From: an uncultured Candidatus Peribacteria bacterium
GTDB taxonomy: Bacteria > Patescibacteriota > Gracilibacteria > BD1-5 > UBA2023
Direction: 5' to 3'
Length of the DNA stretch: 64,000 bases
NCBI GenBank assembly: GCA_964555845.1
Contig: CAZKUA010000004.1
Coordinates: 12,544 to 76,543, forward strand
In this document: positions 11,101 to 21,335 of the stretch, one piece after another
How the letters are laid out: each line of letters begins with the position of its first letter
Position numbering within the stretch: position 1 is the first letter of the stretch
The notes under the pieces: generated by a model
Seen by the model: the letters and a program-made list of their open reading frames with translations, nothing else
Told to the model about the DNA's origin: nothing
Database searches by the model: none
Program-made: the position numbers and the translations under genes

Positions 11101-14100
11101 AATCACAGCAAATGTAGTTAATTCAAATACTGATAATATTTCTATTAATCTTTCTTCTCTGACAGGAAATTGATCTCACACAAATGTAGTATGTAGTGCA
11201 CCTGGAGCTGGAATATCTTGTACTTATGTAGGGTGAGTAGTGACTTATACTTTTGCTGTATGATTTGCCGGAGCAGTAACTAATTGATTAAAATGGACAA
11301 CTCTTACTACAAATAATACAGATGGAATAAATACTCAAAATTCAAGTATTTCAGTTACTGTAGATAATACTGCCCCAGCTATAGTTGGAACTCCTATTAC
11401 TGCTCCAATAAGTTCATCAGTTTGGTGATGAACTACTCAGACTATAGTCCGGACTGCCGGGTCTATAACTGATAATTATTCTATTGCATACATGAAATTA
11501 GAATATAGTAATGATAACTGATGAAGCTGGAATGATATAGCTACAGGATCTAATCTAGGTTCTTATAACTGGGATATATCAGCTCTAGCTAGTGATACTG
11601 ATTATAAAATAAAATTAACAGCTTTTGATAGGGTAGATAATAATACTTCTACAATTTCCGATGCTTTTACTATAGATAAGGTTGCTCCTGCAGTTGCTGC
11701 TGATACAATTACTACTCCAAATGGGTCAAATATCTATAAATGATGACAAGCTCTTAATATTGCCTGGGATCAGACAAAAATAACTGACAATATAGCGCTA
11801 GCATCGAGTCCTATAAAACTCGAATATACCCTAGATAATTGAACCGCTTGGACTCAAATAGCAACAGGTGAAGCAAATGACGGGACTTACGCTTGGACAG
11901 TACCTTCGGTGAATTCTTCACAAGTCAAAATAAGACTTACAGCCACAGATAATGCTACAAATATAAATTTAGATACTTCTGATACTACTTTTATAATAGA
12001 TTCTACACTTCCAACTGTAGCTCTTACTTTTGCTGGAGCTGGATGATCTACTCCACAAAATGGAAAATATATCAATAATAGCTGATTAGATATAACTGCG
12101 ACAACTTCTGATTCCTATCTAGATAGAGTAATGTATAAATTAGAAAATATTACAGATACTCAATATTGGCAACAATCTACAACTGGATGGCTTGGAATAG
12201 AAAATTGGAATGATTTATGTATAGAACCTCAAGCTCTCTGAAATGGTTGAACTTGTGCAAATATAGCCGAAATTGCAACACTCGCAGGTATACTGGGTAA
12301 CAAAGATTATAGACTTACTATTAAGGCAATTGATGAAGCCTGAAATGAAAAAACCTATAATCCAGTCGATTATATTGGGGATGTTGTGAGTCCAAATTTA
12401 TCTATAACTACAGCAAATAATTATTATTTTAGTGGAAGTATAAATATAGCAGGTACTGCAAGTGATGCTCTGTCTGGACTTAGCTCGACTAATATTGAGA
12501 TAAAAAAATGAGCCTTATGGTGGAATGGGTCTGACTGGGTAGTTCCTCAGACGGTATTAGTTACTTCTGGGACAGCTGGGAATTGGAATTATAATTTTAC
12601 ATCGCCTGGAGCTGATGCGGACGCTACCAATTATAATGTAATAATCACGACTCATGATAGTGCATTTAAAACTAACAATAATACAAGTTCAAATATTAAT
12701 ATAATAAAAGATTCATCAGGACCAATTATTGATAATAGTGTATTTACCTTTGATACATCAGGAATTAGAAAATGATGAACTGCAATGACTATAACATGGA
12801 ATCCGGCGCTTATTACAACCATCTGAGCTTCACTAAATGCTAATTCTATAAAACTTGATTATAATTTTACAGGGTCTATAATTCCAATAGCTTCTTGAGA
12901 AGCTAATGATGGAAGTTATAATTTTACACTTCCAGCAGGAGTAGATAGTCTAACTGCAAAATTTATAATTACAGCATATGATAATTTATGAAATATTTCA
13001 AATGTTGTAGCGTCGTCTGATTTTATAATTGATAGTCTGCCTCCTACTGTTAGTACTGTTGAGACCCAGGATTTTAATACAGATGGTCAGATTGATTGAT
13101 TTATAGTTACCTTTTCTGAGAAAATAAATAATTGATCTGTAAATGTGGCAGAATTCAGTGTGTCAGATTGAATCACTCTTAATAATTGAAGTCATAGTAT
13201 ATATGATGCTGGAAATTATACAAAGCTTGAGCTGTATTTTAATGCACAATATTGAGACACTTCATCAATTCCTACGCTTAGTTATAATTGAGTGGCTATT
13301 GAGGATATTGCTTCAAATAAACTCGCTAATTTTACTAATAAGGCATCTGTAGATAAGGCTTCTCCTAGAATAACAAATGCTGAGATATATGATACTAATT
13401 CAAATGGAAAAGTAGACCAAATTAAAGTATATTTTACAGAAAATATAACCTCCACTACTGACATATGAAGTTTTACTTTAAATAATGTCTTGCCAGGAGC
13501 TTCTATATCAGGAGCTAGTGTGTCTGGAAATGTATGAACTCTGTCATTAGTAGAATCTTCAAATTATAATACTTCACCAGATGGAATGACCATTACCTTC
13601 TCTAATAATGGAGCATGGAAAGATATAAGTCCTGCCCTAAATGTCGCTGGAAATAGAGCAAATATAGCCCTAATAGATAAAGCTTCTCCTGTGAAAATAT
13701 CTGCTATAACTACTGATTCTAATTCAAACTCTAAAATTGATAGACTCGATATTACATTTTCTGAAGATATTGTCTGAAATATTGACTGAGATATTACTGT
13801 TTGAAATCTGGCAGCCGGATCATCTAAATGAGCCTCATCAGTTGTCTCTAATGTACTTAGAATTGCAATAAATGAAACAAGTGATAATAATGATACGGCT
13901 CAAATTCCAACTTTTGCATATAATTGAGCTAATTTAAAAGATAGCTCTAATAATCTAGTAGCAAATATTGCGAGCTTTAGTTTGAGTGATTGAGTAAAAC
14001 CAAAACTATTATTAAGAGAGACGGTCGATTCTAATTGAAATGGAAAATTAGATAAAATTAAAATAACTTTCTCTGAAACCCTAAATAATAATGTATGAGC

Positions 14101-15769
14101 AATAGTAATAAATGTAGCATGATATGTAGTGAGTTCTTATTCATCAAGCGCTAATTTATTATATGCTAATCTAGATGAACTAGATATTTCCGATACCTGA
14201 GCTACACCAAATGTTCAAATAACTTCAAACACTACACTTTGAGATACAACAAATAATTTAGTGTTTACAGAGTGAGCGGCAACTGCATCCACAGATAAAG
14301 TATGACCTGTTGTAATTTGAGCTAGATATTCAGCAAATACTGTTTATGTGGATTTATCAGAGAATTATGGAGGAGTACTTGATAATAATTCATTTGTACT
14401 GAGTGGCTCTGCTCTGCCAAGTATTACAAATACGGTATGAGCTGGAAGTCAAGTAACTATAACTCTTAGCTGACCAATTAGTGCTAACACAGAAATCTCA
14501 GCTGCAGCAAATACTGTAGAGGATGGAGCTTGAAATAAACAAGCCTCAACATATTTTATGGTAATTTCAAGCTCACTAATTATCAATGAAGTAATGTATT
14601 CTACAGGTAATACTCAATATATAGAACTTAAAAATCTATGAGCTAATCCTGTAGATCTAACAAATTGGGTAATAGAAAATGGGGGAGGGAATTGAGTAAA
14701 TATTACTGTAACAGCTTGAAATATACCGGCCTGATGATTATTTTTAATTACAAAAACTGGAATAACAGAACTTAATTGAGTTGTGACTGATTTTAATGCT
14801 GGACTTTCACTCGATTTAACTACTCAAAATGATTTAATATTAAAAGATAACTCTTGAAATATATGGGATAGTGTCCAATCTAGTCCGTGGCCAGCTGGAA
14901 GTGGAAGTCTTTGAGTTGCTATGGAGAGAATAAGTTCTCCAGGAAATTGATTAAATTCTTCTTCTTGGTATTCTGCAACTACAAATAATTGACTTACAGC
15001 TTGATTTCTTGGGACTCCAAAAAATCCTAATGTATTTGATTCTACTATTCCGACTATAAATAGTTTCTCGCCTGCAGATAATACTCTATATCCTGTTGGA
15101 TGACTAAATGTAGTATATAACTATTCTGATAATGTAGCCGTGGATGATAGCTCGTATACATTTGCATTAGAAAAATGGAATGGAGTTAACGCTTGGAATG
15201 ATGCTTCCGCTGGAATAGCTAATTCTTCAGTTAGCGTAACTTCTGCCACATTTACTTTGGCTAATCTGACTTTTTGAAAATACAAAGCTTCCTTTACGAT
15301 TGATGATACCAGTGGAAATACAGTTTCAAAAGATATAATTTTTTATGTTGATAAATTCGAATTTACTATTTCAAATTCAAGTATTAATTTATGAGTTATG
15401 GAAGTTGACAGCTTAGTGAGTGCTACGCAAAATGCGACTATTACAATAAAAACGCTCGGAGCTGGATTTGATTTGAATATCGGATGAGATACTACGCTGG
15501 ATGCTTGAATTAATTCAATTCAAAGTTGGAATACTCTGTATTGATTTTGAATTGATTATGAAGCGACTAATTCTGCAACACCTAAAGTATTTTGAACTAC
15601 CGATGCTATCCCAAAAGTACTAGAAAGTAATCCTACTTGAAGTATTGATTGAAACTGAAACCAGAAAACATTCACATATAATGTAAAATATCAATGAAAA
15701 ATACCTTTCATACAAGTGGCTGGAAATTACAGTGCAAATACAAGTTATACTGTGGATATTAATTATTAG
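8162..15769 (+). CDS. giant secreted surface protein (2535 aa) with Ig-like repeats, four Ca-binding-like modules and a lamin-tail (LTD) domain
   Basis: ATG at 8162 and TAG at 15767 are in the same frame. I translated the whole frame by eye and spot-checked many lines for TAA/TAG. The track ORF 13586-13777 lies in this frame. Signal peptide MKIIKKFFVYIIVISLVFNQSFYNIVNA. LTD signature LIINEVMYSTGNTQYIELKNLGANPVDLTNWVI at about 14566-14760. Composition is rich in Thr, Ser, Asn and Gly. Confidence 0.8.
13036..14090 (+). repeat. four tandem ~105-aa intragenic modules inside the giant ORF
   Basis: Recurring cores: LPPTVSTVETQDFNTDGQIDGFIVTFSEKI, ASPRITNAEIYDTNSNGKVDQIKVYFTENI, ASPVKISAITTDSNSNSKIDRLDITFSEDI and VKPKLLLRETVDSNGNGKLDKIKITFSETL. 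They recur at a period of about 320 nt. Confidence 0.7.
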
Positions 15770-15780
15770 TTTAATAGACC

Positions 15781-15814
15781 CATTCGACTACACTACGTTT
15801 CACTCAGGGTGACG
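15781..15814. repeat. degenerate solo copy of the GIY-YIG-associated terminal repeat
   Basis: CATTCGACTACACTACGTTTCACTCAGGGTGACG resembles CTCACTACACTTCGTTTCGTTCGAAATGACAGG at 21092-21125. It lies between two convergent genes. Confidence 0.3.
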
Positions 15815-15823
15815 ATTATTGTT

Positions 15824-16396
15824 TTAACAATGTTCTCAAATATCATCTTTTACTTTCTTTTTGATATGAACTAGACTAAATTTATTTATTTTTTGTTTTA
15901 ATCTTTTTTGGAAATAAGTTATTAAATCTTCATTTGAATTTGGTCTTTTTGTATTTCTACCAGAAAAATTATTAATTAAATTAGAGAATTCTTTGACACA
16001 CAATGTATCACAATTTCTGTATATATTACTAAAATCTTCAGGATTTACCTCTCTTTTATTTTTTATAATTTCTATTATTTGTTTCTCAAATTCTATATTA
16101 TAAAGAGAAAAACTAGAACTATCATCCAAAGAAATATAATTAATTAATTCTATTAGAGAATCTATTTTTGTTTTTTCTGGATTTTTTGGATCTTGATCAA
16201 AAATAAAATCTCATAAATAATTATTTAGTGTAAAATAAAGCAAAATAATAATTGCTCTTATCTCTAAATAAAGCCAAATTTTCTCTTTATTGTCAAAAAT
16301 TTTACTGAATTTTTTTAATTCTGGATTATTTTTATAGAATTCTTTTATTTCTTCTATTTTTGAATCTATTGCATTTAATTTTTTATGTTTTTCCAT
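15824..16396 (-). CDS. hypothetical protein (190 aa)
   Basis: Track ORFs 16211-16396 and 15836-16129 are in one frame and are joined by read-through of TGA. ATG at 16396. The true stop is TAA at 15826-15824. Confidence 0.6.
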
Positions 16397-16431
16397 AGTT
16401 GTTTTTTTTATTGTATATTTTTAATTTAATA

Positions 16432-16506
16432 GATTTCTCGCTAACGCTCGAAATGACAGAGTGGGGCACTAGATTACATTTTGGCTCGGAATGACAAGGG
16501 GCGGAG
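16432..16506. repeat. solo copies of the GGATTTCTC...TCGAAATGACAG repeat family
   Basis: GATTTCTCGCTAACGCTCGAAATGACAGAGTGGGG is followed by GGCTCGGAATGACAAGGGGCGG. Both match the right end of the GIY-YIG cassette at 21086-21160. Confidence 0.55.
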
Positions 16507-18445
16507 TTTTTCTTCATTTTTTTCTTCATAAATTATGATTATCAAGATATCTTATAAATGGAGAAGGTGGATCTCATTTAAGGTTTCATTTCGCATCTAT
16601 TACATTAGCAAGTAGAATTTCTTCTTCCATATTTTTTGGTTTGTCATGAAATGTTATATATTCGATATCATCTTTTATACTTAGACTAAAATTTCTTAAT
16701 TTCTCAAAACTACTTATTTTTTTATTTATTTCAATATTTTCTTCATTATTAGATATTCATTTTCTAGCTAGAAATAAATTTTGTTTAATAACCTCAAGTC
16801 TTTTTTCTATTTCTTTTGTCTTTTTTGTTAATTTATCAAGAGTTTCCACCAGATGTTCTCATCCAACTTGAATATTTTGTTCTTTAATTAATCTCTCTGT
16901 AACTCTTCATTCTACTTGATTTTTCTTAAGAATTTTAAATAAGCTTTCTATAACTTTCTTAGCGCTTATGTTATTGTCAATTCACCGCACAAAAACTATT
17001 ATCTCATCTCATCAAATGGATATATTTATTTTATTTTCTGGATAAATTCTTTTTAGTTCACCCTTTAATTCCCTAATAATATTTTGGAATTTTATCGTCA
17101 TATTATCGCCTGATTTTAGAAGTATTTCTTTAGCAGTAAGGAGTCAGTTACTCCACATATTAATTTTGTCGGAAAAATCCTTCATATTAATACTTCACAT
17201 ATCCTTTATATCTATGTAAAATAATTGTCATTTTTGATTTATTTTACTGTAAAATACTCATTTTTCTAAAGAATTTTTATAATTGTTTTCTGATAGCTGT
17301 CTGATTTTTTTTGGATTTTTTATTTTACCCTGTTCAATTCAACCTATAGCCTCTTTATAATCTGATAATTCTTCTGAAGTTAAAATTTCTCATTTTTCTA
17401 AATCATCTCTTTTGATATACGGTGCTATAAATTCGGCTCTGGCAACATAAGAATCAAAAAGAATTTTAAAATCATTATAAAAATCACAATTAGTTGGAAT
17501 TTCTTTTTTTCTCACTTTTGTAATAAAACCTATATTAATATCTCAATTTGGATAAAAAATTAAAGTTTTTTCTTGTTTTTTGCGTCAATTTAGTTTAAAT
17601 TCTCTTATCAAATTATTATTTTCCACATAATACATTTCTCCATCAAAAAGATATTTCCTTTTTACTTTTGACTCATTAAAATATTTCTGAAATAATTCCT
17701 TCTCTTTAGCTACTATTTCTTCTTTTGTCAAAAGTCATTTTACTCATTCTCTCTCAAGTGATAGTCTCGCGAAAGCAATATTGTGTACAAAATCTTCTTG
17801 AGTGCGTCAACTAATTATTGAACTTGTAGAGGCTACTTTTATAATATTTGAAATATCTACTCAAGATGATTTATCCTGTTTTTTAATTCAAGATTTTTTC
17901 ATATTTTTAACCAAAATATTTTTCATAATTTTAGCTAACTCCTCTTGATTTATTGCTGAAGTTCTAGACATTTTAAATACAAAATTTTTCCAATCATTCC
18001 AGATAACTTTTATTTCTGGATGATTTTTTTTGACTGTAGATTTAAATTCATTTACCACTTTATCAGTAAAAGATTGACTCGTAGTGTCATTTAGATCCTT
18101 AATTCACTTAAATATTATAATTCAGAATTTATCTCATCTGTTTAAATTTGTTAAAATCCCATAAATAGGATTATTTTTTTCTATTCTTCTAATTAAAAGT
18201 AGCTTTTCTTTTTTTGAAATTTCCTCTCAATTATCGATTTTTGATAGAATTTGTCACAATTCCTCTCAACTTAAATTTGGTATTTTCTTCAAATAATTAT
18301 TATTTTTCACAACTCCAGATTGCTCATAAATATCTCAAACTAGTTTTTTTACCTTCAGAACAACACCAGAGACACCATAAAATACATTCTGACTTAGAAT
18401 TTTTCTTCTATCTGTATTTATTTGTGTATTTGTATTTAAAGACAT
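16469..18445 (-). CDS. hypothetical protein (658 aa), predicted helical/coiled-coil rich
   Basis: ATG at 18445, TAG at 16471-16469, frame checked line by line. No recognised domain. The last ~12 codons are supplied by the repeat element at 16469-16506. Confidence 0.6.
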
Positions 18446-18576
18446 TTTTACTAGATTAACTTCTAATTAATTTAATTTTATCATATTTATCAAAATAATG
18501 CAAAAACTACGAAAAAGTTTTTGAAAATCAAAGATTTTGGATATAATGAGGAAAATTATTAGTTAATTTAGAAAAT

Positions 18577-18825
18577 ATGTTAGATAAAATATTAGATTAT
18601 TACCTTCAAAATGCTATTTATGAAAAAGATGAAAGCGGTTATATATTAGCTTCAGTTCCTTGAGAAAGTGGATTTTTTTCGCAATGAGAAAATTATGAAC
18701 AAGCTAGAAATAACCTTAAAGATGCGATAGAATGAGTTATTACAATCAGACTTCTTGAACAAGATAAAAATATTACAAGTAGATTAAAAACTATTTTATC
18801 TTATAAAGAAATGGTAAATGCCTAA
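18577..18825 (+). CDS. hicB: HicB-family antitoxin (82 aa)
   Basis: MLDKILDYYLQNAIYEKDESGYILASVPGESGFFSQGENYEQARNNLKDAIEG.. is the UPF0150/HicB pattern. It overlaps the next gene by 8 nt (ATGCCTAA). Confidence 0.7.
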
Positions 18826-19036
18826 ATTAACCCCTCTAAAATATCAACAAGTTATAAATAAATTACAAAAACTTTGATTTAGTTGACCGATTTATTGAGG
18901 AAGACATGCACATATGAAGAAATGAAGTAAAATTATTCCAATACCAATTCATTGATGAAAACAAATTTGAGTTTGATTAATAAGCATGGTAATTAAAGAA
19001 ATTTGAATCACAAGAGATGAGTGGATTAAATTATAA
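18818..19036 (+). CDS. hicA: HicA-family mRNA interferase toxin (72 aa)
   Basis: MPKLTPLKYQQVINKLQKLGFSGPIYGGRHAHMKKGSKIIPIPIHGGKQIGVGLISMVIKEIGITRDEW is the YcfA/HicA pattern. Several of the Gly residues are TGA. Confidence 0.7.
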
Positions 19037-19099
19037 TTTCAATTTTTCCTCTAAAAATAGACATTATTAATTTTAATAAAAATTTTCTTTAAATTGTAT

Positions 19100-19128
19100 T
19101 TGACTTTTTCAAAAAAAAGTGATAATAA
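19100..19128 (+). promoter_or_regulatory. putative sigma70-type promoter with extended -10 for the surface-protein gene
   Basis: TTGACT, a 17-nt spacer ending in TGa, then TAATAA. Downstream lie a perfect 10-bp inverted repeat (TTTGAAATAT at 19137-19146 and ATATTTCAAA at 19172-19181) and the palindrome AAAAAAACATGTTTTTTT in the leader. Confidence 0.35.
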
Positions 19129-19215
19129 AATTATATTTGAAATATACTGCTTTGGCCAAAAGAAATATTTCAAATAAAAAAACATGTTTTTTTATTTTTT
19201 TTAACTTATATTAAT

Positions 19216-20088
19216 ATGACAAATATTAAGAAAGTTGTAGCGGGTGCAAGTGCAATTGCAATCCTTACAATGAACATGATTAACTTTACAGCTAACGCTG
19301 CTGCTCTTAACACTGCTACTGCTGTTGTTACAGGATGAGTTGGTGTAGTTGTTACTGGTGTTTGATTTCCAGTTTGAGGAACTTGTACTGCATCTATTAC
19401 AAAAACTAATGCTGGATGAGCTAATTCTGCTGTTACAGTTGATTCTTGTACTCAAACAAATGCTACTACATTAACAATTGCTGCTTCTACTATTGCTGCT
19501 AATGAATATTATACAATAGCATTTTCTACAACTGATGGAGTTTTCTGAACTACTACAGCTTGAAATACTACAAATAATGTAGTTGTAAGTGCTAGAGTTC
19601 TACCAATATTAAGTATGGCAATAAGCAATAATACTGTTGATTTATGAGTATTATCAGCTTTAGCTGTTACTGATTCAACTACTGATACTACTATTACTAT
19701 AAATACAAATGCTGTTGGTTGATATATCGTAAGTGCTGCAGCTTCAAATTTTGTTGGAGCAACTACAGCTAATGTAATACCTTTCTTATCTAGATCTGCT
19801 CAAGGAGTTTGAGTTGAATGATTTAGTATTGATGTTGCATCAGTAGGACAAGCTGGAGCTGGTACTTCTACAGTTGATGCTACTGCAGGATTAGGAGGTG
19901 TTTCTACTTATGCTGTTGCTAATGGCTCAGCTAGTTTTGGATGAGCTGCTGCCTGATTAGGTGCTTCTGTGGCTGGTACTACTAATGGTGATACTATTGT
20001 TGCTAATTATGCTGCTTCTATTTCTCCTGTTACTGAAGCTGATAATTATTCTACAACTGTAACATATACTGTTTCAGGTACATTCTAA
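19216..20088 (+). CDS. secreted Ala/Thr/Gly-rich protein, candidate major surface or fibre subunit (290 aa)
   Basis: ATG at 19216, TAA at 20086, translated codon by codon. Signal peptide MTNIKKVVAGASAIAILTMNMINFTANA. Composition is visibly less AT-rich than the neighbours, with strong GCT/ACT/GTT codon bias. It sits between a putative strong promoter and a good terminator. The C-terminus is ..YSTTVTYTVSGTF. Confidence 0.75.
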
Positions 20089-20116
20089 TTGACTTAAAAA
20101 TTTAGATAAAAAAAAT

Positions 20117-20150
20117 TCCTCGAGAATGAAATTCTTGGGGGATTTTTTTT
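20117..20150 (+). terminator. rho-independent terminator
   Basis: An 11-bp stem TCCTCGAGAAT / ATTCTTGGGGA (two G-U pairs), loop GAA, then a T8 run. Confidence 0.7.
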
Positions 20151-20240
20151 GTTGTGTTTGTGTGGATAAATTTATTTTTGCTTTTTTGGAAATTTAATTA
20201 TAATAATTGCATTAAAGATTTAATATTTAATATTAGAAAT

Positions 20241-20480
20241 ATGACAACCGTAACAATTAAAAATGTTCCTGTAGATATAATTAAAAAATTCTGAGCAACT
20301 ATAGATTATAAAGAAGTAGATGTTAATTTCACTCCAAAAAAAAGAATTAATTCAAAGGCTTCTAAATTAATAAAAGAATGGAAAAGTCCAAGCAACACTT
20401 CTAGTTGACCTTTTGAAGTTTCTGAATTTATCAATATAATGAAAGGTTGGCAAAATTGAACACATTCTCAGTTATATTAG
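20241..20480 (+). CDS. small protein, possible RHH-type antitoxin-like (79 aa)
   Basis: ATG at 20241, TAG at 20478. The N-terminus MTTVTIKNVPVDIIKKFG resembles the N-termini of the small proteins at 35448-35648 and 40846-41046. Confidence 0.45.
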
Positions 20481-20517
20481 AGTTATTTATATTATTTTAT
20501 TCATTAATAATGAGGTT

Positions 20518-20682
20518 ATGGAAGACAATGCTTTATGAAAAATAGCTCAAAAAAGTGATATTTGAGACTATGTTGATATGAATATTTTTTATAATTTAGC
20601 TAAGAAACATATAATTTCTTGAAAAAGGAAGGAAAACAAAACTTTATCTTTAGATGTTGATAAAATAGTTTATGGGATTTAA
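20518..20682 (+). CDS. small hypothetical protein (54 aa)
   Basis: ATG at 20518 is preceded by GAGG. TAA at 20680. No similarity recognised. Confidence 0.3.
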
Positions 20683-20750
20683 CAAAAGATTTTTTTAAAT
20701 AGATTATAATCATTTTTATTATTTTTCACTTTTCATTAAAAGCCCCTTCT

Positions 20751-21201
20751 CCTGTCATTTCGAGTGCAACGAGAAATCCCTTTTTAACTCATCTTATGAA
20801 TCATAACTATTTTGTCTATATTTTAGCTAGTCAATCTTGAACTTTATATATTTGAGTTACTAATAATTTAGAAAGAAGAATATCTGAACATAAATTAGAA
20901 TTAATTGAATGATTTACTAAAAAATACAATTGTAATAAATTAGTTTACTACGAAAATTTCAATAATATAAATTCAGCAATAATAAGAGAAAAACAAATAA
21001 AGAAGTTTTCAAGAATTAAGAAAATAGATTTAATTGAAAATATAAATAAAACTTGGGAAGATTTGAGTCTAAAGTGATTCTAAAAGGGATTTCTCACTAC
21101 ACTTCGTTTCGTTCGAAATGACAGGTGGTGGAGTTTCGTTCGAAATGACAGAATGTGGATATTCAAAAATGACAGAATGTGGGATTCAAAATGATAGTTG
21201 G
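20751..21201 (+). mobile_element. GIY-YIG gene cassette bounded by inverted repeats, with decayed tandem repeat copies at the right end
   Basis: Left end: CCTGTCATTTCGAG-TGCAAC-GAGAAATCCC (20751-20780). Right end: GGGATTTCTC-N17-TCGAAATGACAGG (21086-21125). The inner 10 bp match 10/10 as an inverted repeat and the outer 14 bp match 13/14. Extra partial copies (..TCGAAATGACAGAATGTGG, ..AAAAATGACAGAATGTGGG, ..AAAATGATAGTTGG) run to 21201. Confidence 0.5.
20796..21083 (+). CDS. GIY-YIG nuclease superfamily protein (95 aa, COG2827-like)
   Basis: MNHNYFVYILASQSGTLYIGVTNNLERRISEHK...LVYYENF...AIIREKQIKKFSRIKKIDLI is a textbook GIY-YIG short protein. The G of the YIG motif is TGA. Confidence 0.85.
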
Positions 21202-21335
21202 ATTTTTTTGTGTTTGTTTTGGAATTTGAAGAGAAAATTTTGCCATAAGGATATATAAAAATAAATTAAAATTAAATTTTGAAATTATTTAAAAATTAGT
21301 ATATTTAAAATAGTATAATTAATTATAACAAAAAT

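Noticed and set aside
19201-19455. 84-aa minus-strand ORF rich in Ser, Asn and Cys.
   Set aside because: It is antisense to the strongly biased surface-protein gene and is a typical shadow ORF of a GCT/ACT/GTT-rich frame.
21121-21201. Tandem GAAATGACAG-containing units as a separate satellite or CRISPR-like array.
   Set aside because: They are progressively decayed copies of the right terminal repeat of the GIY-YIG cassette, with no unique spacers.
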